Source: Octopus sinensis
Taxonomy: Eukaryota
NCBI RefSeq assembly: GCF_006345805.1
Contig: NC_042998.1
Coordinates: forward strand, 133,858,001 to 133,922,000
DNA: 64,000 nucleotides
Direction of reading: 5' to 3'
Shown here: positions 25,650 to 39,915 of the stretch, in pieces
Layout: each line of letters opens with the position of its first letter
Position numbering within the stretch: the stretch's first letter is position 1
The notes under the pieces: model-generated
Told to the model about the DNA's origin: nothing
The model's input: the letters and a program-made list of their open reading frames with translations, nothing else
Databases searched by the model: none
Position numbers and translations under genes: made by a program

Positions 25650-27170
25650 CAGAGTAGACTCCTTAAACCATGCTTGCCACTGTCATTCGCTTTTCAACAA
25701 ATTTGATGAGACTGTTTTCGGCCCTCTCAATTTCGTCCCTCATGCAATCCTTTTTGTCGTTTCCCTCACTACCTTCATTTTTCCTTTTCAATCGAAATTT
25801 TAAAATGTTGAGAGCTTGCCTAAAAAGAAAAGTGTGTTTTCGTCCTTTCAATCTCGACCTTCACATAAACCCAAACGTTAAACCCATCACACAAATAAAA
25901 AGTACCTACTCTTTCTGATCAAAGGACAGCAACGGGATTATCTTTCCAAGCGACTCATGCGATATCTGGATCCAACCTACGCCTGAGAGCGCCTTTTCGA
26001 CATAACCTCACAAGTCATCAATGCTCAGGCACTGGACGAGTACATGCAGAACAGTTTCGTTGTCCTCCTAATCCATACAGTTGATTTTCATTAACCTCGG
26101 AGTTTCCCCCAAGACCTTCATTGTATTTGAAGCCACTAATCCCCTGTAGAATGCCAACATCACTGCCCGACTGGTAGGGGACTCGGAGCACGTGATAATA
26201 TTTCAGATGCCAAGCGCTATCTCACGTTCTGTTTGACCCAGGACTGCAGTTCTGTCAAAGAGTCGTGTCTGACAACCGACGACCAAGACGGTTCACGGTC
26301 AAGGAATTATTATAAGGGTCACTGCTGCAGTGCATGTCCATGCATCATCAACAACGTCTGTCCAACGACCCACGACACCGTCCGAAAGCATGGACTTGCC
26401 TCCGAAAGCCTACTGACTTTTTCTGTTTGATTTTGGCTCCTGTCATTACTTCTTAGTCCCTTAAAGCGGTGCTGATCATTTGAATCTGTTTACTATCCCA
26501 CACTATGTTGTTAAAGTCGCCCACATATGCCCTTACAGATCTTCCACATCCTAGATTGCGCATGATAACCATCAATGCTTTTAGTTTCCATCGTAGTGGG
26601 TCAAGCGTCAGTACATATAGCAGAGACGGGAGCTGATGAACTTGATGGAACTAGCGTATGATACTGAATAGTGCCAATAGGTAGTCATTCATCCAAACCA
26701 CTAAGCAGATATCACTGTTCACTGCGCCGATCCTATCTCTGAAGATGTGCCTTAAATTGGCTGTTTTGAGGGCAGCTGCCAAGTATTGGTACTTGACACT
26801 ATCCAAAGTTTTCGATTGATCTACAATGATCATATCCCCACCCGTGCCAGGTGGAGGTTATCATGGACAAATCTGTTTGGTATAATGCATGTTTGTGCGT
26901 AACCATTCAGATTACCGAAGGTAAGCACCAACTTCTTTGGTAATACTTTAACCAAAATCCTGAAATCTGTGTTTAAACAGTTATGGACCGAACATTATCA
27001 ATGTAGTACCAACCACCATCACCTTGTTCGGGTCCTTTCTCAGCAATGCTGCAGCATCTCAACTCACAGAACTGGGGAGTACCAGTTCTGCTACCAGTTG
27101 CAATATATATATAGTTCACCGAAAATATCTGGCATATAAATGTAAAGTTTATATGATGCACCATTCAAAT
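25650..27170 (-). mobile_element. Decayed Tx1-type (L1 clade) LINE ORF2: RT to C-terminal CCHC
   Basis: In order on the minus strand: IDNVRSIT, AQTCIIPNRFVHDNLHL, VDQSKTLDSV, SLLYVLTLDPL, SVRAYVGD (YADD site), LTELQSWVK, NETVLHVLVQC. Confidence 0.85.
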
Positions 27171-27194
27171 CAGAAGATTTGTTCCTCGTACAGC

Positions 27195-27395
27195 TAGCTA
27201 TCGCTTTCTATATTTCCGTAGTTTTCGTTTCTCATTGTGTTCAACGTTTTTTTATGTCCTGTACCCATATATGCTATATGCATGTATATATACATATATA
27301 TGTAGGTATGTACATATATGTATGTATATATGCATATATTTATATATTATTTATATTATTATATGATCGAACGCCACGCATCCTTTTCCAAGTCA
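27195..27395 (+). mobile_element. Family D 3' fragment
   Basis: Reverse-complement match to 5610-5760. Confidence 0.8.
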
Positions 27396-28374
27396 GTTAT
27401 ACACACGCACACACACACACTTATGTGCGTGCGTGTGTGTGTGTGTAAAGTAAGTATGCAGAGCAAAAAGCCAGTATATGGTAATCGAAATTTATATATA
27501 CATTTGTTTGAAGTATAGCTTCCTTAACTCCAGCAACCTATTTTGCTGTCTCAGTTTTTCTTTTTTTATTCAAATTATGTATTTCTTTATTTAACTGAGG
27601 TTTTCCGTGTCTAAAATCATGCCAGTTGATGAGCAAATAATTCGTTTGCCACTTATAACTATCAGAACAGGCCACTTTTACTAATGTCATGGAATTCGTG
27701 TGCGATACCTTGCTATAGTTGGGCCTTAATAGTCCATTGATTCTTGACAATTTCTCGCAGTAGGAAATAGTTAATATCCTGCTATTTGTTCTCAGTTAAG
27801 CATACATAATAGCTATACAACATCGGTTCATCTGCAGAGAGCAAGCAGCTTTCATACCGCGAACTCATTCTTCCATGTCAACTGATCTTGAGTGAACTCT
27901 TCCGTATCAACTAAACTAATTAACTATTCTACCACGTCATGAATAATTTGCTGGTCACGGTCCAGAACTAAATTGAAAAGGTTTCATACAACAAAGCGAT
28001 TTGCTTATTAACCTTTTTTTGGGGGGATAATTTATTTATTGATATATGTATGTACTTGCGTCGTAGATGTAGTCGCTGTAAGCTCCTTGAAAGTCAAACT
28101 GCAATTCAGTTTCGATACCCACTTGTGCCATTTAGGTTAGCTCACAACTCATGCTTTTGCATCTGACTGAGACACTTAACAAACCTCGCTTTGCAATATT
28201 TTCTTTCCCAAATCTTTAAAAAGTTGCACAAGTTGCTCGACCGAAGACATACTATCTGACACAGTTAAAGCACTTTCTTGTGCATTTGCATGAGCACAAA
28301 AACACCTACACATACATATGCATACAAGCATTTATATATAAATAGATACATGCGCGCATGCGTGTGTGTTAATT

Positions 28375-28571
28375 TCTAATTTCTTTATTGCCCACAAGGG
28401 CTAAACATAGAGAGGACAAACAACGAGAGACAAAGGGATTAAGTCGATTACATCGACCCCAGTGCGTAACTGGTACTTATTTAATCGACCCCGAAAGGAT
28501 GAAAGGCAAAGTCGACCTCGGCGGAATTTGAACTCAGAACGTAGCGGCAGACGAAATACCACTAAGCATTT
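28375..28571 (-). mobile_element. SINE family A (5'-truncated)
   Basis: Core and tail match. Confidence 0.88.
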
Positions 28572-29065
28572 CTAGCAGGTTTAAGATTAGCAACAGAATA
28601 TTTTCTCATTTTCTTATGAGGTGACTCAAAACTGAAAGCTGAGTCCACATTCTCTCTAACATTATATTTCAGTTCAAAACGAAGTTATATCCCTTTCTGA
28701 GCAGTTCGATGGAAAATCTTTGGAACAAAGACAATCGTGACATCGTGACTTCGTGACAACTATACGTTCAGGATGATATTTCCATTCTCTTTGAATCTAT
28801 ACTTGATTGAATCTATACTTTCAAAGAAGTCACTGAGAAATAGACGTATCGCACTATGACAAAGCTGGATATTGGCTTATCAGTACATATTTTTCAAGTT
28901 GTTTTTATTAATAATCTTTTAATTCCGTGTTCTGAATATGCTGTCATAAGTTCTATTTGCAGAATGAGAATTAAAATTTATTGAAATAAAAGGAAAGATA
29001 TTACACCTGAATTTTTAGAGAACATTTAAATGAAGAATGAAATAATACAGTGATTAATCTTTTTT

Positions 29066-29640
29066 CTTTTTACTTGTTTCAGTCATCAAACTGCGGTCAT
29101 GCTGGGACATGGCCTTAAAGAATTTTAGTTGAACGAATTGACCCCGATCCTTTTTTTGCTGAACAGCTAATTTACGGGGAATGTAAACACACTAACACCG
29201 GTCATAAAGCGGTGGTGGTGGACAAACAAACACAAAGACAAACAGACATAGATTCATATATATATATATATATAACGGGAAGGTTTACGAAAATAAACAA
29301 AAGATGAAGGCAGGTGGAGTACAAATAAATAATTGTATTAGTATGGCGCTCAGGAATAGAAATAAAACAAGTCTTTTATGTTTCGAGCCTACGCTCTTCG
29401 ACAGAAAGATACACAGAAAAGAAACAAGGAGAGAAAAAAATGCGTGTAGGAGCTAACGATTCAACATATATATATACACGACGGGCTTCTTTCAGTTACC
29501 GTCTGCCAAATCCACTCACAAGGCCTTGGTCGGCATGAGGTTTCAGTAGAAGACACTTCACCAATGTGCTACGCAGTGAGACTGAACCCGGAACCATGTG
29601 TTTGGGAAGCAAACTTCTTACCACACACCCACGCCTGCGC
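29066..29640 (-). mobile_element. SINE family B interrupted by a family E element
   Basis: The family B halves flank 29275-29462. Confidence 0.85.
29275..29462 (-). mobile_element. Family E element with a hammerhead-like motif at 29372-29409
   Basis: Minus strand: TCTTT-CTGTCGAA-GAGC gtag GCTC-GAAA-CA-TA|AAAGA. Confidence 0.8.
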
Positions 29641-29959
29641 CTATTTTTTGCATATTCATTCTTAATACTTTACGGTAGATACGATCGTGGATATGTGTTC
29701 ATTACAGACTCGATTTCAGAGATTCTGGAACACTAGTGTCTTGTTATGCTGTGTCTCATCAAGCAGAAGTACCCCAGGAGCGATGAAACTAGCAAGGGCC
29801 GATGGTTTTGTTTATAATTTCAGCAAACAGTTGGTCGCTGATCCATGCTGATATCTACCAACCGATAATAGATTTTTGTCTGCACGGTAAAATAATACTA
29901 GCTTAGAGCATTATTTCGCTTCATAGGCCATAAGATTAAACACATTTCAACAATCCATA

Positions 29960-29993
29960 TGTCTGTGTGTGTCATTATTTATATACATATATA

Positions 29994-30028
<35 letters not shown>

Positions 30029-30288
30029 AGTACCAAACACCGACAACACACACACACACTCACACACACACACACACACACACATACACACACACACACA
30101 TATATATATGTATATACATATAAATGTGTGTGAATGTGTGTGTGTATATATATATACATATATGTATGTGTGTGTACGTGTGTATATATAAATATATACA
30201 TACATACATATATATATATACATACACACGCCCATACGCACACGCACACGCACACACACACATATATATATATGTATATACATATAAA

Positions 30289-30320
<32 letters not shown>

Positions 30321-30393
30321 CATATATGTATGTGTGTGTACGTGTGTATATATAAATATATATACATGTATATATATATACATACACACACCC

Positions 30394-30432
<39 letters not shown>
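29960..30432. repeat. Compound (TA)/(CA)/(TG) microsatellite with an internal ~170-bp duplication
   Basis: The block TATATATGTATATACATATAAATGTGTGTG...GTACGTGTGTATATATAAATATATA occurs twice. Confidence 0.85.
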
Positions 30433-30433
<1 letters not shown>

Positions 30434-32249
30434 ACCGAATACATGCAAGAATTTCATAACAATTGTTCTAAACTTATGTATATGTATGCGTGCGAATAGT
30501 TTTCCGATTATACTGTATATTATTGATAATTGATTTTTTTCCAACACTCCCCATGGTAATAATTCCGGACTATTATGAATATATTTTGTCGCTGCTAGTT
30601 AAGAAAATGATGCTGCCTTTCCTGTTACTAATGCTGAGTTTTGTGACCCTTCTCTTATCTCTTGAACACATCCTTTTTTTTTTACTAATCAACCCAAATC
30701 TTTTTCTTTGAGTATTGAGCTTTCTTTATCTTGTCTTTTCTCTTAAATGCTATTTCTTTGTTGAATGAATCCTAATGTACTTCCTTTTAGATAATTTTGA
30801 TAGTTTTAAACATAGGGCTTCCATCATGGGAAGCATGAAGCATAAAATAGCCTTGCACTAAATATACAGCTCTTCATGAATTGCATTTTTAGAAAAATAA
30901 AATAAAAGTGTTACGCATAAAAATGTCGAAGTTACCCTTTCTTTTTTCTTGGTGGGGTGGAAGGGGAAAGTCTTTGATATGATGATGGAACTGAAAAAAA
31001 ATTGGCTCGTGACAGAACCGTGCTTTAACCATTAAAATATGCAAATGCACTTTTATATTCATTTTTATATTGTTATGATTTGCTAACAACTATTGTGTTT
31101 AAAAAACGTCCTGTTCTGCTTAATTATATCGAAACTTACAATCATTTTTTTAATTGAAATTTATTGGAAATTGAAATTATTTAAATAAAGCACTACCCTC
31201 ATGTCTGGGGTGGTGCTACTTCAGGCATGAGCATTCTAGACTACATCCCCTATAGGAATATTCGATTTATTGGCAACATTGCACTCAGCAACACTAACTG
31301 AATGCATCATTGCACCCAGTTATGAGTGAGACAAGCACAAAGATGAATACAAGCAGCTATAATTACTTGCTCACAACCACACGTTTTCCTCTCTGCGTTT
31401 GCATTTTATTGATGCTGCAGTGACTTCTGCTCTCCGTTACTTTCTGTATGCATAACTTCTTCACCAAAATGCACCTGGGTGTTTGTTTCTTTTTCTTTCG
31501 GTCACCCAGGCGTGTAGGTTCACATCTCAAATCTCGTAAAAAGAATTTCTCCTGATTATTTTTCTAATGTATGTACAGACCTCCAAAATTACTTCCCCGT
31601 TCACGTTTTTCCGGCAGCTTTTGACATACAAAATGTTCAAATTAAACATACGCCACATCAAGTCTAATAGTCTAAAAGGTACACCAATTCACCAAAGGAT
31701 ATGAGTACTTATCTACCTTGCTTGACAAATTGTTCTTTTTTAAAAAAAATGAGATTTTACTCAATCTCTAATCGAAATTTCTTCTTTCTATCATACTCTC
31801 TCTATATTTTATGTCCCATTTATTTAGTTGTTGAAATGAACGCCATTTGGGTCACAAATACAACGCTTAATCTCTCTTTCTTTCTTTCATTCATCCCACT
31901 TTCTATTTTATTCTCAGGCTGCATGATTGTTTGTCTCACAAGCTCCTAGCTATTGGTATTGGTTCACTCTTTTTAACTCTTCCTGTTACTAACACTGTAC
32001 ATACATGCATATGCATGCATACAAACACACACACACACACATCCAAACACGCACTCATGAACGCACGCATACATGCATAAACAAATGTATGTATGTATTT
32101 ATGCATATGTGTATGTATGTATGTATGTATGTAACTCCGAGGTCGTGGTCTACGGGGCAGGGGTTCGCCAGTAATAGTAGCAGCAACAACAACAGCACCA
32201 GTAACGCAAGAACACATATGCGGAAATATGTTGGAGCAACGAGCAAATA

Positions 32250-32480
32250 ACCAAGGAAGATTCCAGAGAGACGCAACGTTACGTCTTTGGCTGACTACGC
32301 ATGGCGTTTAACACAAGGAACACCATACAGGATTAAATAAAAGCACCTGGAACATCCTGGATCATTCCCCAATGGGGGCAAACGATGCAAACTTTGTTGG
32401 ACCGAGAGGGCAAGTATTCTAAAAATTCCAAGGCCTTCTAAAATTCCAAAAGTGTAATATTTAGTCGGTGACCTCATGAA
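32250..32480 (+). mobile_element. Possible DNA transposase C-terminal relic
   Basis: QGRFQRD...LADYAWRL resembles the GERFHQD...MLADYCW motif of some eukaryotic transposases; short and degenerate. Confidence 0.35.
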
Positions 32481-32787
32481 AGAAAATTCACGTTAATGAT
32501 ATGAAATACCTCACTTGCTGACCATCAGCAAACGGAAAATTCCATATCACTGATTGTGGATCATCAAGGAACAGTTTATTGCATTAAGTTACAGATAAGT
32601 ATGTCCCATATTTATCAATAAACCATAATGCAATAAACCGTTCCTTGATCATCAGTAGTAGCTGAACATTCAACTGCATTTTGATCACATATTGCAGGGT
32701 TACAAACAACTGTAATGGTGAAACGCACGTAGTAAGTATAATATAAACTTGCGTGTATTGTTATTTCTCTTACACACACGCACAGGC

Positions 32788-32832
<45 letters not shown>

Positions 32833-33016
32833 CGCACGCTAATATCAGACAGTGAGAATGAGTGCCCAACACTGCATTTGTGGGTAAATATTTTTTATCT
32901 GTGGGGTAACCCTACAAACGTTGGTGCTCGTCTCTATCTTGGATAAAATCACAAGTGCAAATGTATGAAACTCTCAGATCCTGAGTCCCTCTGTTATTTC
33001 TGCTATCAATATGGAC

Positions 33017-33128
<112 letters not shown>

Positions 33129-33422
33129 TTGTGTGTTTGTGTGTGCGCGCGGGGAGGTGCGTGCCTGCCTGTGTGTGTATAAAGAAAGATTTAGCAAGGA
33201 CATAGTATTTCGTTTTGCAACTGAAATATACTACCAAAAATATTAAGGATTTACAAGTAAAATATTGTCTTATTTTTGTGTTAGCAGTACAGTATTTTTA
33301 TTTTAAAGTCTATCTCTACAGATTTCCTATAGAATTCAGAACAAATACAGCAAATTAAGACGTTTCGTACACGAATACGTCTATATAAACAATGCAATCG
33401 AAGATAGAAAAGATAGGTAATA

Positions 33423-33470
33423 GGTGTATATACATATTTCAAGAGTTATTGCTCTTTCATCAGTACCACC
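33423..33470 (-). ncRNA. Compact type I hammerhead
   Basis: Minus strand: GGTGGTA-CTGATGA-AAGAG caataa CTCTT-GAAA-TATGTA-TA|TACACC. Stem I has 6 bp with one bulge; stem III ATA(T)GTAT is ATACGTAT with one C-to-T change. Confidence 0.72.
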
Positions 33471-33810
33471 AAACATCCACAAACGCATTGGCACTAAGTT
33501 TAGCAGTGTAACTCTATTGGATAAATCAATTTACATATTAAACACATTCCTAGCATCTGGTATGTAAGCAACACGGACACAGTTCACTTTGCAACCATAC
33601 GTTTCGTCTACGAAACGTCGGAACTTGCAGTGCTGGCTCGGAATTCTATTGTAAATCTATAGAGATAAACTTATGAATACATGTATCTGTGTGCGTGCGT
33701 ATGTGCGTATGTGCATGCGTACGTGCGTGCGTGCATGTATGTTTCATTTTCTACATGCATAATTTTCATGACATGCATGTTTATATGTATGTGCATATAT
33801 GTACGTGTGT

Positions 33811-33861
<51 letters not shown>

Positions 33862-34727
33862 CACATACATATATATATATATATATACGTATGCTTGCCT
33901 ATACATAAACGCATGTGTGTGTATGTGTGTGTGCGTGTGTGAGTGAGTGTCTGTGTGCGTGTGTGTCTCTGTGTATGTGTGTGCGTGTGTGTGCGTGTGT
34001 GTGCGTGTGTGTGCGTGTGTGTGTATTTATGCATGCATACTCATTTATACATATGTGATATATGAGTGTGTGTTCCACGGTCGTTATACATTCACCCATT
34101 TTTATCTATTAGATTGCCGCCAGTAATCCAAGCCCGCCCTACGAAACACTCGAACACACCTACTGTGTCTATCCTGACTTATTTCATGTACCTCTCTATC
34201 TCTCTATCAATCTCTCACTCCCTTCCTCACTCGTTTTTGTCTCTCCACTCTCTTTTTCTTTTTCTCTCTTTGTATTTTTCTTCTGTGTAACATTTTGTCA
34301 TTATTTTCATGAAAGTCGGTTATACTTGTTAATATGTCTGTCTCCCTCTCTGTCTGTTTGTTCCTTTCTCTTTCTCTCTCTCTCTCTCTCCCTCTTCAAT
34401 TATATGTATGTGTGTATGGATGGAGGTATATGATGTTCTGTCTCGCTCTATACAGATATTTCTTTTTAAACGTACCTCCTCCTTGCTCTACATCTCTCTC
34501 TCCCCCTTTCTCTCTCTCTCTCCTCTCTCTCCCTCTCTAACTATATACACAATCTATATATCAATTCTAGAGTCTCAGAATTCGGGAGTTTTTTTTTTCT
34601 ATAATTTTGTTTTAGTTGTATTTGTTTTTGTCATTTTTACTTCTCATCTATCTCGGTGCCTGTGCATATATGCACACATTTATACAGATACACAGACACA
34701 CACACACACACACACACACACACAACA

Positions 34728-34771
<44 letters not shown>

Positions 34772-34786
34772 CATACATACATACAT

Positions 34787-34891
<105 letters not shown>

Positions 34892-34951
34892 CGCGTATGT
34901 TTATGCGAGATGTGTTGTAGGTGCGAACAAGCCGAGGAATGAGTGAAATGG

Positions 34952-34984
<33 letters not shown>

Positions 34985-35531
34985 GATATATATATATATA
35001 TATATCCATGGTAGATCTTTATCTGCCCGAATATATGTGTACATCCTTATACTTAACTATAAGTATGTGACTTTAATCATTAAATTCCCACCCGTCCATT
35101 TATCATATCTGTCAACGATCTTTATCAAACAAGGTTGTTAAATAAATAAATATCTAAGTTTATTGTTGGAACATGTATTGAGTTCCTTTTTCAGTCAACG
35201 TTTGTTGTTTTAGGCATTAAGAACACATCGTTACGCACATATACACGCGTGCGCGTACACACACATAATATACATATATATAGATATATACACATATATA
35301 CAGATATATATACACATATATACATACATATATATATATATATACATAGATATATGCATCGGTGCCCCAGCATGGCCACAGCTCATAGGCTGGAACTGGA
35401 ATCAATCAATCAATCAATCATACATATATATATACATATGTATATATAGATATGTATATATATATGTGTTTGTGTGTAGGGGTATGTATATGTATATGCT
35501 GGCATATATACACAGATATGTGTGCATTTAA

Positions 35532-35763
35532 TACCTATTTCTTTACTACCCACAAGGGGCTAAACACAGAGAGGACGAACAAAGACAGACAAACGGATTA
35601 ACTCGATTATATCGACCCCAGTGCGTAACTGGCACTTAATTAATCGACCCCGAAATGATGAAAGGAAAAGTTGACCTCGGCGGAATTTGAACTCAGAACG
35701 AAACGGCAGACGAAATACTGGTAAGCATTTCGCCCGGCGTGCTAAGGACTCTGCCAGCTCGCC
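35532..35763 (-). mobile_element. SINE family A
   Basis: Full head-core-tail match. Confidence 0.9.
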
Positions 35764-36716
35764 GTGTGTATTTAATACCATCTGGGTAATATCCTCATAA
35801 CTTGCATTTCATAGCTTCTCTACGGTTATCGGCCAACATATGCCATCATACAGCAGGATTACTACTTTTACTGGATATCCATGTGGAAATCCGTTGGTGT
35901 ACAAAGAATTTGCATAAAAATTTAAAAAGGAAAAAGATAGAATAAAAAGATTCTAATCACTTATCACAACAAATGTTTCTGTGCATTGGCAACAGCTGTT
36001 ACATAATTATTATATAAATAACTATGATCCTGCAGCAGCTGTATACCTGCACATCATCAGGTAAGTGACCTGTATGTATATAATTGTAGGCAGTGCTATC
36101 TTCGTTTCTCAACCACTGGTTTTCAGCTTCGATAGCTCTTGACAACACCAATCTTTCACGAATTGTATTTATTTGATAGAATATGAGCAGACGTGCGTCT
36201 TTGTGTGTGTGTGTTCTTTTACTTGTTTCAATCATTAGCCCGTGGACTGTGACCATGCTGGGGCACCGACTTGAAGAATTTTAGTCGAACGAATCGGTTT
36301 CTTAGAGTCTGGTGCTTATTCTATCGCTCTCAATAACCCAAACACATACAATAATTTCATAATCATTCTAACAAAAACCAACGACCAACAACCATTAGCA
36401 TATGGTTGCTCGATCTACTATAAACAACTACTAAATCTCTCACAAATCACACTCTACCGTCATAAATCGGGAAAGAGCACACTGGGACACGTATTTGTAG
36501 ATATATTACCTAAACAAAGAACAAGAAAAGATCAAACAAGCATAGTTGTATAGCTACTCCACAATATTGTCTTCATCCTGGTCATTGTTACTGTCAACTA
36601 TGTATCACTCGCTGTACCAAGGGAGTGGTTCCCAAACGGCGAGGCGCGCCTCATAGGTGCGGCGGAAAAGGATAGCCGGTGAGGCAGAATGATTGAAACA
36701 ACTTTAAAATCTTCAT

Positions 36717-36871
36717 AGGCGCAGGAGTGGCTGTGATAGGTCGCTTGCTTACCAACTACATGGTTCCGGGTTCAGTCTCACTGCGTGGCACCTTGGGCAA
36801 GTGTCTTCTATTACAGCCTCGGGCCGACCAAAGCCTTAGATTTAGTCGACAAAAACTGAAAGAAGTCCTTC

Positions 36872-36913
<42 letters not shown>

Positions 36914-36918
36914 TATGT

Positions 36919-36952
<34 letters not shown>

Positions 36953-37151
36953 TGTGTTTGTACCCCCAACATTGCTTGACAACTGATGCTGCTGTGTTTT
37001 CGTCCCTGTAACATAGCGGTTCGGCAAAAGGGTACGATAGAATAAATATTAGGCTTACAAAGGATAACTCCTGGGGTCGATTTTTTCGACTAAAGGCAGT
37101 GCTCCAGCATTGTCGCAGTCAAATGACTGAAACAAGTAAAAGAATAAAAGA
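36717..37151 (+). mobile_element. SINE family B
   Basis: Full-length match. Confidence 0.9.
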
Positions 37152-37363
37152 ATTTTTTTTAAATGCTAAAAATAAATACGATTTCAAAATATTATTATGG
37201 ATTACTTGAAATTACATGCATGAGCCCCAGAATAAATAGTTATAAATAATTATTGACCGGGTTTTCCATTGTGATATTTTTGCATTAGCTGCTAAAAACA
37301 ACAGCTACGCTAAGAGCAACAATAACTCTAACAACAGTGAGAACAACGACTACAACAACAACA

Positions 37364-37843
37364 CTTTTCTACTCTAGGCACAAGACCTGAAATTCTTGGG
37401 GAGGGGAACAGTCGATTACATCGACCTCAGTACGCAACTGGTATTTAATTTATCGACCCCGAAAGGATGAAAGGTAAAGTCGACCAAGAAGGAATTTGAA
37501 CGCAGAACGTAAAGACAGACGAAATACCTATTTCTTTACTACCCACAAGGGGCTAAACACAGAGAGGGCAAACAAGGACAGACAAACGGGTACTTGTCTA
37601 TTGTCGTGGTCCCGGTTTCGCACACGCGAATTCGCGCGCGCGCGCCAGACGTAGGTACTCGATACTCGAGATCCTACGAGGTGACTTGCGCATGCGCAGT
37701 GCTTAATTGGTACTTAATTTATCGACCCCGAAAGGATGAAAGGCAAAGTCGACCTCGGCGGAATTTGAACTCAGAACGTAAATGGCAGACGAAATACGGC
37801 TACGCATTACGCCCGGCGTGCTAACGTTTCTGCCTGCTCGCCG
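37364..37843 (-). mobile_element. Composite/tandem SINE family A with a GC-rich insert
   Basis: Repeated core segments with a foreign insert at 37596-37708. Confidence 0.8.
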
Positions 37844-38479
37844 TCTTTACAACAGCCATAATTAAAAGTGTAAAAGACTCACCGAGGCTAACAACAACAG
37901 TAAGAAGAACGTTGATATTAACAACAGACAACTACTAATACTGCTATACAAAATAAAACTGATAACAAGAACAGCAACAACAACAACAGAGACCCTAGTG
38001 ACAAAAACAAGAAGAAAATACCACATACGGCACTAATGTTATTCAAAATTCTTAAGAAGTTTCGCTTGACTAACTGCACCGAATAACCTCGGCTCCAAAC
38101 AGCAGACGGTGGGGATTGGTTGGCTGGTTGGCTGGTTTGTTGGCTGGCTGACTGTCTGGTTGGCTGGAAGGTGGGCTGGCCGGCTGATAGGCTGGGTGGT
38201 TGGTTGGTTGGCAGGCTGGTTGGCATGTGTGTCTGTTGTGGGAGGTGGAATGACGTATGTAAATAGATAGGAAATGTAAACGGAAACAGAAAGGGTGAGG
38301 AGTGGATGAGAGAGAGAGAGGGAGTGGGGGTGAGAAAGAGTGTATGGAGTAAAACGTTAAGTCGAAAGAGAGGGAGAGGAAAAAATTAAAAAGGAGGAAG
38401 AAAAATGGAGAAAAAAGAAAGAAGAGATATGAGAAAGGGGAGATAAATATGAAAAGAAGTGACAAAATGTGACAAGAAA

Positions 38480-38522
<43 letters not shown>

Positions 38523-39242
38523 CATTTGACACCGAGAAAGAACGAAAGGCGGAAACCAAGAACGGAAAAAAAAAGGCAAAAGAAAGTATGGAAGGAAAAA
38601 TTAAGGCGAACGAGTAGAATAAGCGGAGATAGATAAAAGTTCCTTAGCGAGAGAGGGAGAAGAAAAAAAAGATAAAATGAAGGTGACAGATAGAAATATA
38701 TATATAAAAGAGTGAGAGAAAGAGAGGGAGAGAAGTAGCAGAAAAACAAGAGAAAAATCAGAGGAACTGTAAACAAACATATGTTTTTTTTTGTGGTTTT
38801 TTGTCCGACATAAACATTAATAAATTAAGAGTTGGAGAATCAAAATGTCTTTTCCTCTCTCGCACCCGCCAACACTTCTCTTTGTGTATTTCTTGATCTT
38901 TCTTCTTTCTTTCTTTCTCTCTTGTTTTGTTTCTCGGCTGTTTTTTTTTTTTTATGGTGTTAGTTTACGTTTGTAGCGTTTCCACTGATACATATTGTGA
39001 ACAGGGTTGGAGTTTATTAATTGTACGACTATCAATTTTCTTTTCCTACGACACACACACACACGCTCGCATACACACGCACACGCTCGCATACACACGC
39101 TCGCATACACACGCACACGCTCGCATACACACGCTCGCATACACACACACACATACATACATACATACATACATACATACATACATACATACATACATAC
39201 ACACATACATACATACACACATACATACATACATGCATATAC

Positions 39243-39313
<71 letters not shown>

Positions 39314-39915
39314 GGTTGTGTGTGTGTGACGATCGTGTCGGCATTTTTCACAAGTGTAATCTTTCTTTGTACGTTTAAAGTTCAAAAGATTACCGAAGCG
39401 TAGCCGTTGCTGTCATTACAAATGGCTTGAAGTAATAATAGTTCCCGAGCATTTTTGAAGAAGAAATTTAAATGGATATCAATACTTGATTGATATAATT
39501 TAGTTTAGCAGCCTCTGAAGAAATAACGACATAGGTGGTAGGATTTGAACTTAAAGCGTAAATGAATTTGGTTATATATATTGGAGTTCAACTATGTATA
39601 AAGGTCTGGGTTTAATCCCACTGCGTATGTATAAAGATCTGAGTTTAATCCCACTGCGTAGTACCTCGGGCAAGTGTCTTATACTATGGCCACGAGCTGA
39701 TCAAAACCGTGTGAGTGGATTTGCACGACAAAAATTGAAAGCTAGTCGGGTATGTATGTGTGCAAAGGCACGAGACTGATTATTAGTATTTTTGGTCGAT
39801 AACTGATGAAGAATTAGGATCCTTCTGTGTCTGTCCTACGTGTACGTTTTGTAGTATTTTATGTATTTTTTCAATTATTGAATAACTGAACGCCACGCAT
39901 CCCAACTTTTATTAA

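Noticed and set aside
31380-31690. Possible pogo/CENP-B HTH relic on the minus strand (LHAWVTERK)
   Set aside because: Similarity is too short and frameshifted to support.
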